A stretch of DNA of 64,000 nt. Source: Paraspadella gotoi. Lineage: Eukaryota; Animalia; Chaetognatha. Location of the stretch: positions 62,001 through 126,000 of the forward strand of contig CM119266.1 of assembly GCA_051294375.1 (NCBI GenBank), read 5' to 3'. The position numbers and the translations under genes are program-made. A model generated the notes under the pieces. It worked only from the letters and a program-made list of their open reading frames with translations, ran no database searches and was not told where the DNA came from. Positions 39,210 to 53,000 of the stretch are shown here, one piece after another (position 1 is the stretch's first letter; the number at the start of each line of letters is the position of its first letter).

Positions 39210-40875
39210 TGATAAAAATCTATAATTTACCCTCCAAGCTATTGATGATTTTTGGAAAGATGTCTTTTGTTTTTGAAGTTATCCTAATAAATTAAAGCTG
39301 GTGCACGGTTAAAATTTTATATACAGTATTTGTTAAGTATGAGTCATTACTCTTTAGATTTGAAAGGGCTTTCAGAATATAATATTATTAATATTATTTT
39401 ATTTCAAATTTTTTTCAAAAAACTTACTGAAAGTCAAAGAAAAAATTGAATCTAAAAAAAGTGAGTTTGAAAATGAAACCCGATTTTACAAGCCAACTTT
39501 CTCCACTCATTGTCAAGGCATATCTTAACTGATCAATATAAAATTTGAACTCATAAATGACTTTAATATGTTCTACTCAACTAATTTTTAAAATCAATGA
39601 ACTAACCACTGGTTTGCAAATGACAGCGTTTTTTTACCGGCGCTTGTAAAATTGTCACCATTTAGTCAATTCAATTATTTATGTAGTAATATCCTTATAA
39701 AATCGTTAAATTTTAAAATAATTTTTTTTATTTTTAGGAACAGAAATAGATTTGCCTTAAAAAATAAGAAACTTTTATAAAATATGTTATACGATATCTT
39801 AATGTTTGGATCACAAAAAATGATTAAAACGTTTTAACATAACGTTTCTACTACAGAAAATATAAAAGTCATAAATTTTTACCTTTTTCCCCGTTTTAAA
39901 AGTTGAAGATAACATAATTTTTGATAAGATGTTTTATATTTTTTATTCAAATTTTATGAAGAATCTGAATCTTTATTAAAAGTTAAAAAAAATATTTTAA
40001 AAAATTTATTTTTAATAAGAATATTACTACAAATATATTATATTTTACTATTCTTTTCCCGAGACAATATGAACAAAATATTTTTTGTACCAGTTAATCA
40101 TACTATCTCACATCTCAATATCCTTGTTCGATCATTCAAATAATTTTTTTGTTCTTGAGTGCTCCACTCTAGTCTGCAATGCCGACGCATAAATGGAGGG
40201 GGGGGCGGCGAAGCAGTTGGCCAGCATTTTGTGAGAATTTCGGTGGGTTGATTGAGGGTAGTATATAGAGAGTACAGGTAACTATAAGTACAGTCCTGTG
40301 CAAAAAAAGAGCACACCATAAAACATTATGAAAATAAATTAAGTTAGATTCCTTTAAAATGAAAGATATTATAAATGAATAATATTTATTAAAAAAGAAA
40401 ACTATTAGTGTAAATTTGATTAATCTATGGCTATCCGTTACTAAGCAGTGATTTTTTAAAAGTAATTACTCAGTTACAACTACTACGTACTCAAACAGAA
40501 TGTCAGAGCAGAAAAAAATTTAATTATTTTTAACCTTTTATGTTTAAGGTGCGGTAGCTCTGGAATGACTGGACCGATTTTTTTTAAGTTACACATATGG
40601 ATTCCTCTTTCAAAAGTCCTTATTTGTCATTTACAATTTAACAAGTTTGAGCAAACAATGTCGGATCTGCCTACGATAATTAATTAATTAATCGAATAAT
40701 TAATTAATTAATAAATTTTAATATGTAATAATTAATTTTAAATTTATATTCAACTTATCATCATCGATGTCCTTAAAATTGGGTTAGGACAGTTATTAAA
40801 TATGTTTTGTTTACATTTTATCAAAACAAACAAATATCCTCTATTTTATTTTATGTCTCCTTCTCTCTCTCTCTC

Positions 40876-40928
<53 letters not shown>

Positions 40929-43261
40929 ATGCAATTGCGACGATTTTTATGCTTTTAAGATTTTTTTAACTAGCATCATTTTTTCACATTAATTAATTAA
41001 TTAATTAATTAAAACATTTATTAGTAATCATTAATATTAAAGATTCAAGTAAATGTGACTTATGTTTTTTCCATCTAAACTCATCTCCACTGGCACAATT
41101 CCGTCAAAACTTTATATAATTATTATATATTAATAAATATTTAAAAGCTTCAGTGCAACAACCCTATGAACTAATTCAAAAAGTTACATTCAAAATCGAT
41201 TTAGTAGTAAAAGGAAAAAAAAATTTAAAGAAAACTAGAAGTTATAAAAAATGTTCAATTTTGGCCCGCCTTACTAGATATTAGGCAGGAACAGGTTGAA
41301 AACTAGAAGTTCTCTCAAATAAATAATGGTTAAGCGACTATTAAATAATATGAAAATGAAAATAAATTTTAAAATTTTGCTTATCAATTTTTTTTATAGA
41401 TTCTGATAGAGCTTTAAAAGTTAGATAAAGGTTATTAATACAACTTTTTAAAATTTTTTTGTTTTATTAATGAAAAATTAAAAAAAATAAAATTCAGCCA
41501 ATAATGATGATGATGATGATTTTTTAAGGTTTTTCTATTTTTAACCAATTTATTGTTAAAATTTGAAAAAATTATAGTACTAACTTTCATTTAACTTTTT
41601 AAGCTCTACAAGAACCCCGTTCTTAAAATAATCAAATTTTTTAAAACTTTTTTTGTCATTTGTTATATATTAATAAATATTTAAAAGCTTCAGTGCAACT
41701 ACCCAATGAACTAATTCAAAAAATTACATTGAAAATCGATTTAGTAGTAGAAGGAAAAAAGAAATTTTTTTGAAAGAATTAGAAGTTATAAAAAGTGTTC
41801 AATTTTGGCCCGCCTTACTAGATATATTGCATGTGATTAAACAATGTTATCAGAATAATAATTTTATCAATTTTATGTATTTTGTAAGTATTTTAAGTAT
41901 TTTTATTCAGTGAGTGAAATAACAACTTTTTTATTCGCTAATTTTTATCTCGGACTCTCTCTCTCTCTCTCTCTCTCTTTGCAATTGCAACGATCCTTAT
42001 TCTCATTTTTTTGCTCTCTCTCTCTCTCTCTCTCTCTCTTTGCAATTTCGACGATCCTTATGTTTATTTTTCTGCTCTCTTTCTCTCTTTCTCTCTCTCT
42101 CTCTCTCTCCTCTCTCTTTGCAATTGCGACGATCCTTATGCTTTTAGGATTTTTTAACTTGCATCATTTTTCTGCTTGCATCATTTTTTCAACTTGCATA
42201 ATTTTTTAAATTGCATCATTTTTTCACATTAATTAATTAATTAATTAATTAAAACATTTATTAGTAATATAATTAGTAATCATAAATAATAAAGATTCAA
42301 GTAAATGTGACTTATGTTTTTCCATTTTAAACTCATTCTCACTGGCACAATTCGTCAAAACTTTATATCTAGCTTCTTCACACACTTTCCTACCCGCTCA
42401 CAAAATTTCATCTCAATCTATTATGGGTTAAAATATAAAAAAGAATCAAGTAAATGTGACTCATATTTTTTCATTTAAACTCATTTCCACTCGTACGTTT
42501 CCACCGAAACTTTTATATTAAGCATTCGTACACATTTTCTACCCACACAAAAAATTTGAACTCAAAACTATCACTCCAATTATATTAATTAGAGTACTTA
42601 TTGGTTAAAATAAGTAAAAAATTTTAGTAAATGCGACTTATGTTTTTTCCACTTAAACTCATTTCCACTCACACGATTCCGTCGAAACTTTATATCCAGC
42701 TTTATCACACACTTTCCTACCCACAACAAAATTTCATTCAATCCAACCAGCCACATCACGAGTTATTGGATCTTTTTGCTAAGGTGGGACGGACGGCGGA
42801 TTGATTGACTGAATAATTATTGATTAATTAACTGATTAATTATTTGATTTATTAATACATCCTGCATATACATTTAATATAAAAGGAAAAAGAATCATAA
42901 TCAATTAGTGAAACAGGTTTTTTGTTTTTTTCCATTTAAACTCATTTCCACTTAAAAGATTCCATCGAAACTTGGTTTCCTGTTCAATCTCACACTTTTC
43001 TACTCACATACAAAATTCCAGGTCAATCGTTAATTAAGTGGTAATAAGTTAACTTGGTCATCTTGCATAATTTAATCAACTTGCATAATTTGGTCAACTG
43101 ACATAATTTGGTCTACTGACATAATTTGGTCAACTGACATAATTTGATCAATTAAGATAATTTGGTCAACCGGCATAATTTGGTCAACTTGCAAAACTTG
43201 ATCAACTTGCAGAATTTGGTCAACTGGCATAATTTGGTCAACTTTAAGAATTTGGTCAACT

Positions 43262-43546
43262 TGTGGATAAGGCGCTAATTGGGCAGAAGATGACTATCCG
43301 TAACTTCTATAACCCCCTCTGGCAGACATGGAACGGGTCCTGGGCTTGGAACCAGGCTTGAGGGTTTGCCACGCCCCCAAGCCGGCTTACGGCCGTCCTC
43401 ACTTTTCCCGCAGGGTAGGTACCGGGTTGGGATTGAACCCGGTACCTAGTGGTCATGAGCTGATGGCTTTACTCAATGAGCCACCGGGTCACAACTGAAA
43501 GAGTCATGCTTATAGACGGGGTGAACCTAGGCAATGCCCGACTACA
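43262..43546. mobile_element. Solo-LTR-like insertion (TG...CA, 4-bp TSD AACT) with internal tRNA-like module
   Basis: AACT|TGTGG...CTACA|AACT. Removing it restores the host 18-bp repeat, and the paralog at about 48860-48880 lacks it. Confidence 0.75.
43417..43490 (-). other. Degenerate tRNA-like (Pol III A/B box) sequence, not a functional tRNA
   Basis: Reverse complement GACCCGG-TGGCTCATTGAGTAAAGC-CATCAG-CTCATGA-CCACT-AGGTA-CCGGGTTCAATCCC. The anticodon stem does not pair. Confidence 0.55.
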
Positions 43547-45040
43547 AACTGACATATTTTTGTCAATTGGCATAATTTGGTCAATCAATCAATCAATCAA
43601 TCAGAGAGAGATAGAGAAACTTTAAAAAATTCAAATAAAAGTGTCTTTTGGTTTTCTAATTTGAAAACCAAAAGACTCCTACAATTCCATCAAAAAATTT
43701 ATATCCAGCTTTATNNNNNNNNNNNNNNNNNNNNNNNNNNNNNNNNNNNNNNNNNNNNNNNNNNNNNNNNNNNNNNNNNNNNNNNNNNNNNNNNNNNNNN
43801 NNNNNNNNNNNNNNNNNNNNNNNNNNNNNNNNNNNNNNNNNNNNNNNNNNNNNNNNNNNNNNNNNNNNNNNNNNNNNNNNNNNNNNNNNNNNNNNNNGTA
43901 CTTTCCTTACCGCACATTACCAAAATTTCAATTTCGATTTATCTATCCATTTTATAAACATCATACATTTATGAGTAAATTTAAAGTAAAAATCTTCAAG
44001 TAAATATGACTTTTTGTTTTTTTCCATTAACTCATTTCCACTGTCGCACGATTCCATCGAAACACTTTATATCCAGCTCAATCACACACTTACCTACCCA
44101 TCCATTTCACAACATTTCAAGTCAATTGCCCTAGCTCCACTCGATGGCATTGGCGTTCAAATAGGTGAAAATTATTTTCCATTTTAAAATCCAATTTCCA
44201 CTCCGCACGATTCTCTCGAAAACTTCATATCGCATCTCAATCATACAGTTTTCCTACCCACACACAAAAATTTTCATACCCAATTCCATCCATCCATCAC
44301 GAGTAATTGGAGTTTTTTGCCAAGGTGACGAGACGGACGGACAGGACAAGCACAGACGGATGGACGAACATAATTTATTTTGTTGTTAAATTTTCATATT
44401 TTCGATGTTCTGACATGATATAAGTGTGTGCCCGACAAATATTGAGGGGGGACCGACGGCCGACAAAGTTGATTATAGAGTCGGGAACGTGACTCAAATG
44501 GACGAATTTTTCTTATTAACTTATACATGTGGCGAGGTTCCTGGTTGCACCACAGTGTCGACTGAAAGGCCTTGACAACTGAGTGAGATAGTTCTAAGAT
44601 TGATTATCTCACATCGCAGGGAAGGTGGATCACGTGACTTCGAAAGATTAATGTTTTTAGTCGATTTATTAATTTGTAGAAACAGAATTAATTATTCGAA
44701 GATTGATTGTGAAAATAATTGTTTAGTTTTTGGATCATTTATTTGTAGATGAAGTAAAAACGTTTTTCTCAGTTTCAATGTATTTCTTTACATTTGTCAG
44801 AGAGAGAGAATAAAACAATTTATAATGTTTAATGAGGAACATTTTATTTCGAAGATAAAATCAGAAAGTGAATCATTAACGAATTTGAATTTCAGAGGTA
44901 AACAATCACTAACTGCTTTTTGATTGGCGGTAAAACCTCTGCAGGTGATTAGGACAATCAATCAGAAACAAAAGGCTTCGAATCAGATTTAGGAAAAAAT
45001 CTAAAGCTTTAAATTAGGATTTTAGAAACGTATCTTTGTA

Positions 45041-45115
45041 GCCGCCTGGATGGCAAAGGTTTGGAATTCCCAGCGTCCCAGCAATCGAATTCGGGTTCGA
45101 ATCCTGTAATGGGTG
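45041..45115 (+). mobile_element. Possible tRNA-derived SINE head
   Basis: B box GGTTCGAATCC near 45094 preceded by a weak A-box-like TGGCAAAGG. No cloverleaf. Confidence 0.35.
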
Positions 45116-45399
45116 GATTTATTTCCTGAATGAATTATATCTGACGATTGGCCGCATACATTTATTATTCATAAATTTTTGTAATATCTGCGTAAAAACG
45201 AGCGCAACTTAATGTTTGAATAGTGTCCTCTTTTTTTTTTTGTATAGTATACAGTCCTGTGCAAAAAAAAGTTGTGATCGTTTTACGAAGATATTACAAA
45301 AATTTATAAATGATAAATATAGATTTTGAAATAGGAAATCCATATGTATAAATTAAAAGAAAATCGTTCCAAGCATGTGTACATACAGTGTATAGGTAG

Positions 45400-45735
45400 T
45401 ATAGGCGGAGCATTAAGTTGGTTGGTCAACCAGGCTCGGAAGCAAAGATTGGGTTAGACGGAATTATGGGTTATGGGTGAAAGGATACATAAGACACCGT
45501 GGAAATTTGGGGGTGACTCAAGTTCACTATAGAAAGTCATAAATGTGCATGAAGGATGGTTGTGTATAGACTTTCAATTTTGTTGCGTTTCGAATTGAGG
45601 GAGAGGAGTCTGTATCTCCTGCACCAAAGCAGGCAGGCCTTTCAGGCCAGAAAGTTATTCGAGTGGCACTAGGCATTTTTCCTGGAGAATCTTTATCCTT
45701 ATCCTTATCAGCAAGTGATGAAGACTCGTACCATG
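45400..45735 (+). pseudogene. Degenerate C-terminal coding fragment of the hammerhead PLE family
   Basis: Reads ARKQRLG*TELWVM...KVINVHEGW (resembles the GIY-YIG C-terminal RL..E...N..EG block), then IEGEESVSPAPKQAGLSGQKVIRVALGIFPGESLS after one frameshift. Confidence 0.55.
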
Positions 45736-45742
45736 TACATTA

Positions 45743-48015
45743 CACTGTTTTTTTTTAACCATGCAGTCGAAGAATTTTCACAATCTGTACAGTTTCTAGT
45801 ATAATTTAAGCGGCTTAAAACGATTAACAAGGTGTCCTCAATCAGATTTTGCGCTTAGACCTGCGCACAATTGCGACCGGAAAGTTGACGTTGACTACAA
45901 CATGGAATTTTTCTCTTTCTTTAATTGCAAGATAAGAAAATAGTTTTATAAAAGTAATAATTGCCTAAATTTTATGTTTACTCTCATTATTTATTAGGTT
46001 TTACTTTAAATTTTTTTTAAAAAAGGTTCTTACCCATAGTGGGCGGTCCAAAACTCGGAAATGATGCTCAAAAAACTGATAAAATACGCAATATTAATAA
46101 TTTTGAAACTACTATAAATATAATGGTTTTTTATTATCATATGATAGTTGTATCACAAAGAATTTATCATATCTATATCATAAAACTATCTTAGCTCTAA
46201 ATAGACAAAATAAATATCAGTTACAAAAGATTCGGTTTCTTAATAACTTAAAATTCAGAATTAATATTATTTCTTAATTCGTTGTTGAAGAGACATCATA
46301 TGCACAGGAGATAATGATTTAGTATTAAGCATATAAACTTTTTTTGACAACGGAATAAAAAAAATATTTAGTATTATGCAATTCGTGGTAGGATTTATAA
46401 GTATAATTTTCTTACTTTTTTGCCAACATTTTGATTCTTTGAACTAATCATTTTTAAGGCAGTCCAGAGTAAAAGTAAATTGTTCTAGAAAAAGTCAGGT
46501 AGAGAGAGAAAAATGATTTGTTCATAAGAATCAAAATATTAGCATGAAAGTAATAAAAATGAACTTGTACAATTCTGACTATGAATTGCTTAACTAAATA
46601 TTTGTTATTCCTTGTCAAAACGATAAAATATTTAATAATTTTATTATTGCTGTATTATTTATTATAATTAAACTTTATATGATATACTCAGGTTTAAATG
46701 AGAGTCGTTTACTTCTAAAACCCTTGGGACTAAAGTTAAATGAAACTAAATAGAAAAAAAAACTAATTAATAAAGTTTATACAGCTTATTAAAACTGGAT
46801 CTTATATTCGTACCAGATTTTAAACAGTGAACATGTTTCAACTTTTAATTCAAGTCATCATCCACATTTATGAATGTCGACAGTTTTTTACTTCACGAAG
46901 AAATATTTGGGAAGAGAGAGGAGAGAAATGAAAGAGTAGTGAGAATAGGTAAGTAAGGGAAGAGAGAGAGAGAAAGACGAGGAGAGAAAAATTTCAACAA
47001 AGATTGAAAAGGATAGAGGTCGAGATGAAGACAGGTTGGTTTAGGCCAGAGAGAGAAGATAGATATTGAAAAAAAAAATTCACAGTTTAAAGAAAAATCA
47101 TTGCTTGAACTACTTCAAAACTCTTTCTAATTCAAAAACGCGACAAAAGAATAGGATTTCACATAATGGTATAAAATAATAATTTTTTTATTGCTGGATT
47201 AAAGGTTTTTTTTAAGGAAAAGAAAAGAAAATTAACAATCTGATTAACTTTTTGATGCATGGATATTGTTTCTCTTCTCCTTCACCTGGAAAACTTAAAA
47301 ATAGGTATTCCCTCTAAAGATTTACATAAAACTTTATGAAAAAAGGGTCTAACTTCCGGCTATAGTTTTTGAGCAAAAAAATGGTATGCCAGTAAAAAAT
47401 TACTGATGAAAAAAATTAAATTAGTAAAAGGTATAAAATTAAAACCAGGAATTGTTAAAATTAGAAAAGTCTCATTAATTGAATGAAATTGAAATGAAAT
47501 TTTGAATATTTATAGTTAAAGTTTAGTCCTTTGGCTATTAAAAAACGAATCTTTTTAAGATGTAATAATTGATAAATATGATTGGATTTTTTTATGATAT
47601 GGGATAATAATCTTTGTGATAAAGCTGTCATATAACGAGAAAAAACCATTAGCAGTCAGAACAGATCAAAAACATTATAATACATACTCAATTGATTATA
47701 GAGCACTATTTCCGGTTTGGGAACGCGCCCACTATTGATGAAAAGCCTTTATTGAACATTTTTGTCTAAGTACTACTTATTAAATAATTATACTTAATTG
47801 CAGGATAAGTAAATAACAACTGCCTAACTTTTCATTTGTAGTAAAAAGAAAAATTCCATAATGTAGTCCACGCCAACTTCCGGTAAATTGTGCGCAGGTC
47901 AAATGCAAAATCTGATTTGACGACACCTTGTTAATCGTTTAAGCACTTAAAATTATACTAGAAACTGTACAGGATTGTGAAAAATTTTCGACTGCATGGT
48001 TAAAAAAAAACAGTG
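45743..48015. mobile_element. Non-autonomous TIR element with about 170-bp TIRs and TA flanks (Tc1/mariner- or EnSpm-like)
   Basis: TA|CACTGTTTTTTTTTAACCATGCAGTCG... and ...CGACTGCATGGTTAAAAAAAAACAGTG|TA. An inner inverted block lies at 46036-46062/47707-47735. Confidence 0.85.
46825..47070 (-). mobile_element. Old degenerate pLTR relic of the hammerhead PLE family
   Basis: Reverse complement GATGATGACTTgaattaaAAGTTGAAACATGTT (decayed hammerhead) and the GAGGTCGAGATGAAGACAGGTT motif. Related piece at 62588-62646. Confidence 0.5.
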
Positions 48016-48033
48016 TAGAGGACAGGTTTAAGT

Positions 48034-48076
<43 letters not shown>

Positions 48077-50025
48077 AGAATGTGAGGGAAAAGAAATTAA
48101 ATTTGTGAAGTGAGGGAGGAGAACAGAGAAGCAGAGGTTAATTTATTATGCCAACAAAAATGATGTCGCGTCCGTCCGTCCGTCTGTTCGTCCGTCCGTC
48201 CCGTCCGTCCGTCCGTCCCACCTTAGCAAAAAACTCCAATTACTCGTGATTGGATGGATGGATTGGTATGAAATTTTGTGTGGTGGGTAGAAAACTGTGT
48301 GATTGAGATGCGATATGAATGTTTCGAGAGAATCGTGCGAATGAAATTGAGTTTAAATGGAAAAACAAAAAAAATATATTTCACTATTTGAACGCCAATT
48401 GCTCATCGAGTGGATAGGGCAAATTGACTTGAAATTTTGTAATGATGGTAGGAAAGTGTGTGATTGAGCTGGATATAAAGTTTCGATGGAATCGTGCGAG
48501 TGGAAATGAGTTAAAATGTGAAAAAAAAAAAGTCATATTTACTTGAAGTATTTTTTACTTAAATTTACTCATAATTATTATGTTTATTAAAAATTGGATA
48601 GATAAATCGAAATTAAATTTTGTTGTGTGGGTAGGAAAGTATGTGATCAAAGCTGGATAATAAATTTTTTGATGGAATCGTAGGAGTGGAAAAGAGTTCA
48701 AATTAGAAAACCAAAAGACACATTTATTTGAATTTTTTAAAGTTTTCTCTCTCTCTATCTCTCTCTGATTGATTGAATTGATTGATTGATTGATATGATT
48801 GCATTGATGAATGATTGATTGACCGACCAAATTAAGCCAATTGTGACAAAAATATGCCAGTTGACCAAATTCTTAAAGTTGACCAAATTATGCCAGTTGA
48901 CCAAATTCTGCAAGTTGATCAAGTTCTTGCAAGTTGACCAAATTATGCCTGTTGACCAATTATGCAGTTGCCAAATTAGGCCAGTTGATAAAATTATGCC
49001 AGTGACTAATTATGCCGGTTGACCAAATTAATCTTAATTGATCAAATATGTCAGTTGACTAAATTATGTCAGTTGACCAAATTATGCAAGTTGATTAAAT
49101 TAGTAAGTTGACCAAGTTAGCTTATTACCACTTAATTATCGATTGACCTGGAATTTTGTATGTTGAGTAGAAAAGTGTGTGATTGAACAGGAAACCAAGT
49201 TTCGCATGGAATCTTTTGAAGTGGATATAGTTTCAATGGAAAAAAACAAAAAACCTGTTTTCACTAATTGATTATGATTTTTTTCCTTTTATATTAAATG
49301 TATATGCAGGATGGATTAATAATCAAATAATTAATCACGCTAATTAATCAATTAGTCAATTAATTAATCAAAATTAATTATTCAGTCATCATCCGTCCAT
49401 CCGTGCCACCTTAGAAAAAGCTCCATTAACTCGTGATTGGCTGGTTGGATTGGAATGAAATTTTGTGTGTTGGTAGGAAAGTGTGTGATAAAGCTGGATA
49501 TAAAGTTTCGACGGAATCGTGTGAGTGAAATGAGTTTAAGTGGAAAAAACATAAGTCGAATTTAATAAAGTATTTTTTACTTATTTTAAGCAATAAGTAC
49601 TTTAATTTAATCATAATTGGAATAAGGGACCGAAGCAAATTAAAAATATTACTATGGCCGCATACATACGGAAGTCGGTACAGTTATTACTAAGTAGTAA
49701 TCAATTTTTAAACGGTTTTAAAGCTATAAGCGGCAAAAAAGTACCTAACATAACTAGGCGCACTACAGTTGAACATTATTACATTATGCAAATGAGATTC
49801 ACGAAATCATAAAAATTTTTTTTAAACGATTTTCAAAAATTTGAATGAAATTTCTTTATTTGTATAGTTTAAGCAGAATTTCGTTATCTGGAATACCTAA
49901 ACTATCATTTAAATCATAAAATCGAAAAATTACATTATATTTCAAAAATTGTCAATTGACAGACAAACAATCTAACACGAAAATAGCTGCCAAATCAAAA
50001 TAAACTATATTAGATACAAATTCAA

Positions 50026-53000
50026 TTACATAGCGTCTAGTGCCTTGACAAAGTCCTCCATATCAACACTTTTTCTATAAGTTACCTTATCTAGGTAAAT
50101 AATAAGATTTTCGCAATAAGTCTTGGCATTTAACTTTTTGTAGTGTTGCTTTAGCCTAAAAATTTGTGAATTCTTTGGAAAAGATACACACGAATCCCGA
50201 GCAAAACGAACTTCCAAATAAAGCCTATCTACTTTTTCTTCTTCTGAAATTGCTTTAGCTAAAAATTCTTTGACTTCTTTGGATGATATAAAAGGTCCAC
50301 CTCTGCTTTTTAATTTTTGAAGATCCGAATTTCGACGTTGGTCTAAACTAAGTTGTTGAATTTCTTTCTGACTAAAACCATCTTCCCGTAACTTTGCTTG
50401 TTTTTGTTCCCAAGCTTGCACTATAGCTGGTAAGATTTTCTGACTTTCCATCTGTCGAAAAGAATTAGAAATGTTTTTACCGCGAGTGAGATGTAATGAT
50501 TTTCCTAAAACATGGGAGGTACTGGCAGTAGCAAGATTTTTAGCCCCACGAATTTTAAGTTCATAATTTATAGAACCAACTGAACGTTCCGCATCTAAAT
50601 TGTTAATTGGGGCAGTTTTTAATTTGTTTTCATTCATATTTTCCAATGAAAGGTCAGTTGACTTATATTCACCAAATGAAAAAATATCTCCCCGCTGTTT
50701 TTGCCATCCTTCTGCTAATCTTTGAGTGATAATTCGCAACATTTTGAGGACTTCAGTCTTGTAATAAATTTTTAATTTTTAATGTTTAAAATTTCTTTTT
50801 TATATTTTACTTCTTGAAAAATGCTCATGTTGTAAGAATTTTTCAACGGGAGCGTTTAACAAGTTTGCATAAAGACGTGGAAATGATTCTTTTAATTCTT
50901 CATAGGTTGTGAGTGAAGAAGACGTAAGTTTTACAAAAGGTTCAACAAGGTGAATTCCGAGTAGAGCTCCAACAACACAAAATACACGTAAAAATTCCAC
51001 ATCTTCAAAACAACGAACAATGCAGGCCAGATTGTTCGTAACAGAATCAAATTTTTGTAAGAATGACGTGATATCTTTATCATGATACAAGATTACAGCA
51101 CAAAGAAAAGGGAATCTGGTAAATCGTTCTGAAGCTAAGCGAATTGAAACATTTTGTTTGGGAGAGATATGAATATCAAATTCACTTGCTTTGTTCCAAC
51201 TCTTATGGTCAAAATCATGAGATATCAGACGTGATGAACAATCTAAAAACTGAGTAATTATCGATTCATGGGAATTAGGGGTTAAATTAAAGGAGGCAAA
51301 AATTTTTTCCTGTCCGATTGATTGCTCAATTTCTTTAAAAGTTGAGTCGATTTTCCGATTGAACATTAAAACTGGATGAACGTGACATAAAAGATGTTTT
51401 GGGATATGATCAACATTGAGTTCATCAGCAAGCAGTTTTTCGACTTCCAGATTGTGAGCAGTGGAGTCTGTCATGACGAAGTCTAATTTGTTGTAAATAC
51501 TTTCCACCGAGATGCCACCAACAGTTGACAAAATCGTGAGTATTGTTTTCTGAAATAAAAAGGAAACGCCTCTAAATATCTTTTGTATTTTTAACGTGAA
51601 TGAATCAAATTTAATAATCTGGATATCTATAACCCCATAAAAAAAATGTCTAGTTAATTAATGTATTATTTAAAATAAAGACAATGTTAGCGATAATTTT
51701 TTTTGGAAGGAAAAAATTACATTTTAAAATGTTTACTTTCTTCAAGGTTCAATAGATTTTGTTTTATATAAAAATGTAAAAACGGAAAACAAGAAAGAAA
51801 GAAAGAAAGAAAGAAAAAAAAGAAAGAAAGAAAAAGAAAGAAAGAAAGAAGAAGAAGAAAGAAAGAAAGAAAGAAAAAAAGAAAGAAAGAAAGAAAAGAA
51901 AGAAGAGAAAGAAGAAACAATCGATGTAAAAAATAATGATATATTTTTAACTAGTATGCCAAAAAAATTAATCGTTTCTAAGCTCAAGGCCAAAACAAAA
52001 CTTAAGATATTTAGATATTTTAATATTAAAATTATTAAATCTAAGTTAAACAATATATGCTCAAATTTCGATTCTCACCTTCAAATCTTTAAGATTAGCT
52101 CGAGTTTCACTTGAAATAGACAAAGTCGGAAGTGGATGATAAGATCCATCAATATTGATTCCTTGTACAGAAAACGATCCTGTTCCTTGTTTCTTCGAAC
52201 CATCATCGTGATAAGTTATGGAAGATTTATCATTTGAATGGACAATTTTTTCCACGATTTGATTCAAGGCAAATAATTCTCTTACACGACTTTCCCGTCG
52301 ATTGTTTGCTGAGGCAGGGGCAGTGTCAAGATCAATTTTAGTTTTGTCTTCATCAAAAAACTTCCAAGGGAGACCAAATAAATTGTTTGCTGTAAGAATA
52401 ACGGCTGCCACAGCTTGATTATCTGAACAATGATATTTAGATTTTAATATTGTAATAGTTTCATAATATTCAGGTTTAACTCGATTTATTGACTTTCACA
52501 AATGACGATAAGTTTCAGGGATTTCTCCAGCGTACGCGGAATCTTGACACAATTTTCTTCGTTTTGCACCCAAATCATTCAAGTCCTCTTCATTGGGAAT
52601 AAAATTTGGGTCAGATGGGTCATCAAACTTATCAAAAAACTTTTCTATATCAGCGTCCATCAATTTTTCTTTTTCATTAATCAGAGCATACTCTTTTGCT
52701 TTTTTTTCCCTTTCTTCAAATGACTTGGTTTCTCTTTCTTTACGCTCGGCACTTTTTTTCCATTGCCGATCGACAAAATTATCGCAAAACATTTTTCGTT
52801 CGCTTCTTTGGTCATCCAAAAACTTTTTTTCAATCTCAGTCATGCTCACTCCATAAAAAAGTTCTTGGCGTTTGTTCCGTTGTTCGTCTGCGCAAGCGAT
52901 GTCAAAGAGATGAGTTGAGATTCGATCAAAAAAGATCTTGACGGAGGATTTCCAATCTGTATCTCGACGAGCAACAGGGGCTTTTTGAAAACCACGAAAT

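Larger units (their letters stand above)
37797..39662. mobile_element. Tc1/mariner-like MITE with about 185-bp TIRs, containing a PLE insertion
   Basis: TA|CATGGTGACAATTTTACAAGCGCCGG... and ...CCGGCGCTTGTAAAATTGTCACCATT|TA. Arms 37797-37983 and 39476-39662. Confidence 0.85.
40639..44485 (-). mobile_element. Long composite HINE
   Basis: 3' end as reverse complement at 40640 (ACAAGTTTGAGCAAACAATGTCGGATCTGCC) and 5' block (GATTATAGAGTCGG) near 44470. Multiple internal modules and an 18-bp array. Confidence 0.8.

Noticed and set aside
45041-45115. tRNA gene
   Set aside because: Only the B box is convincing. Acceptor and anticodon stems do not form.
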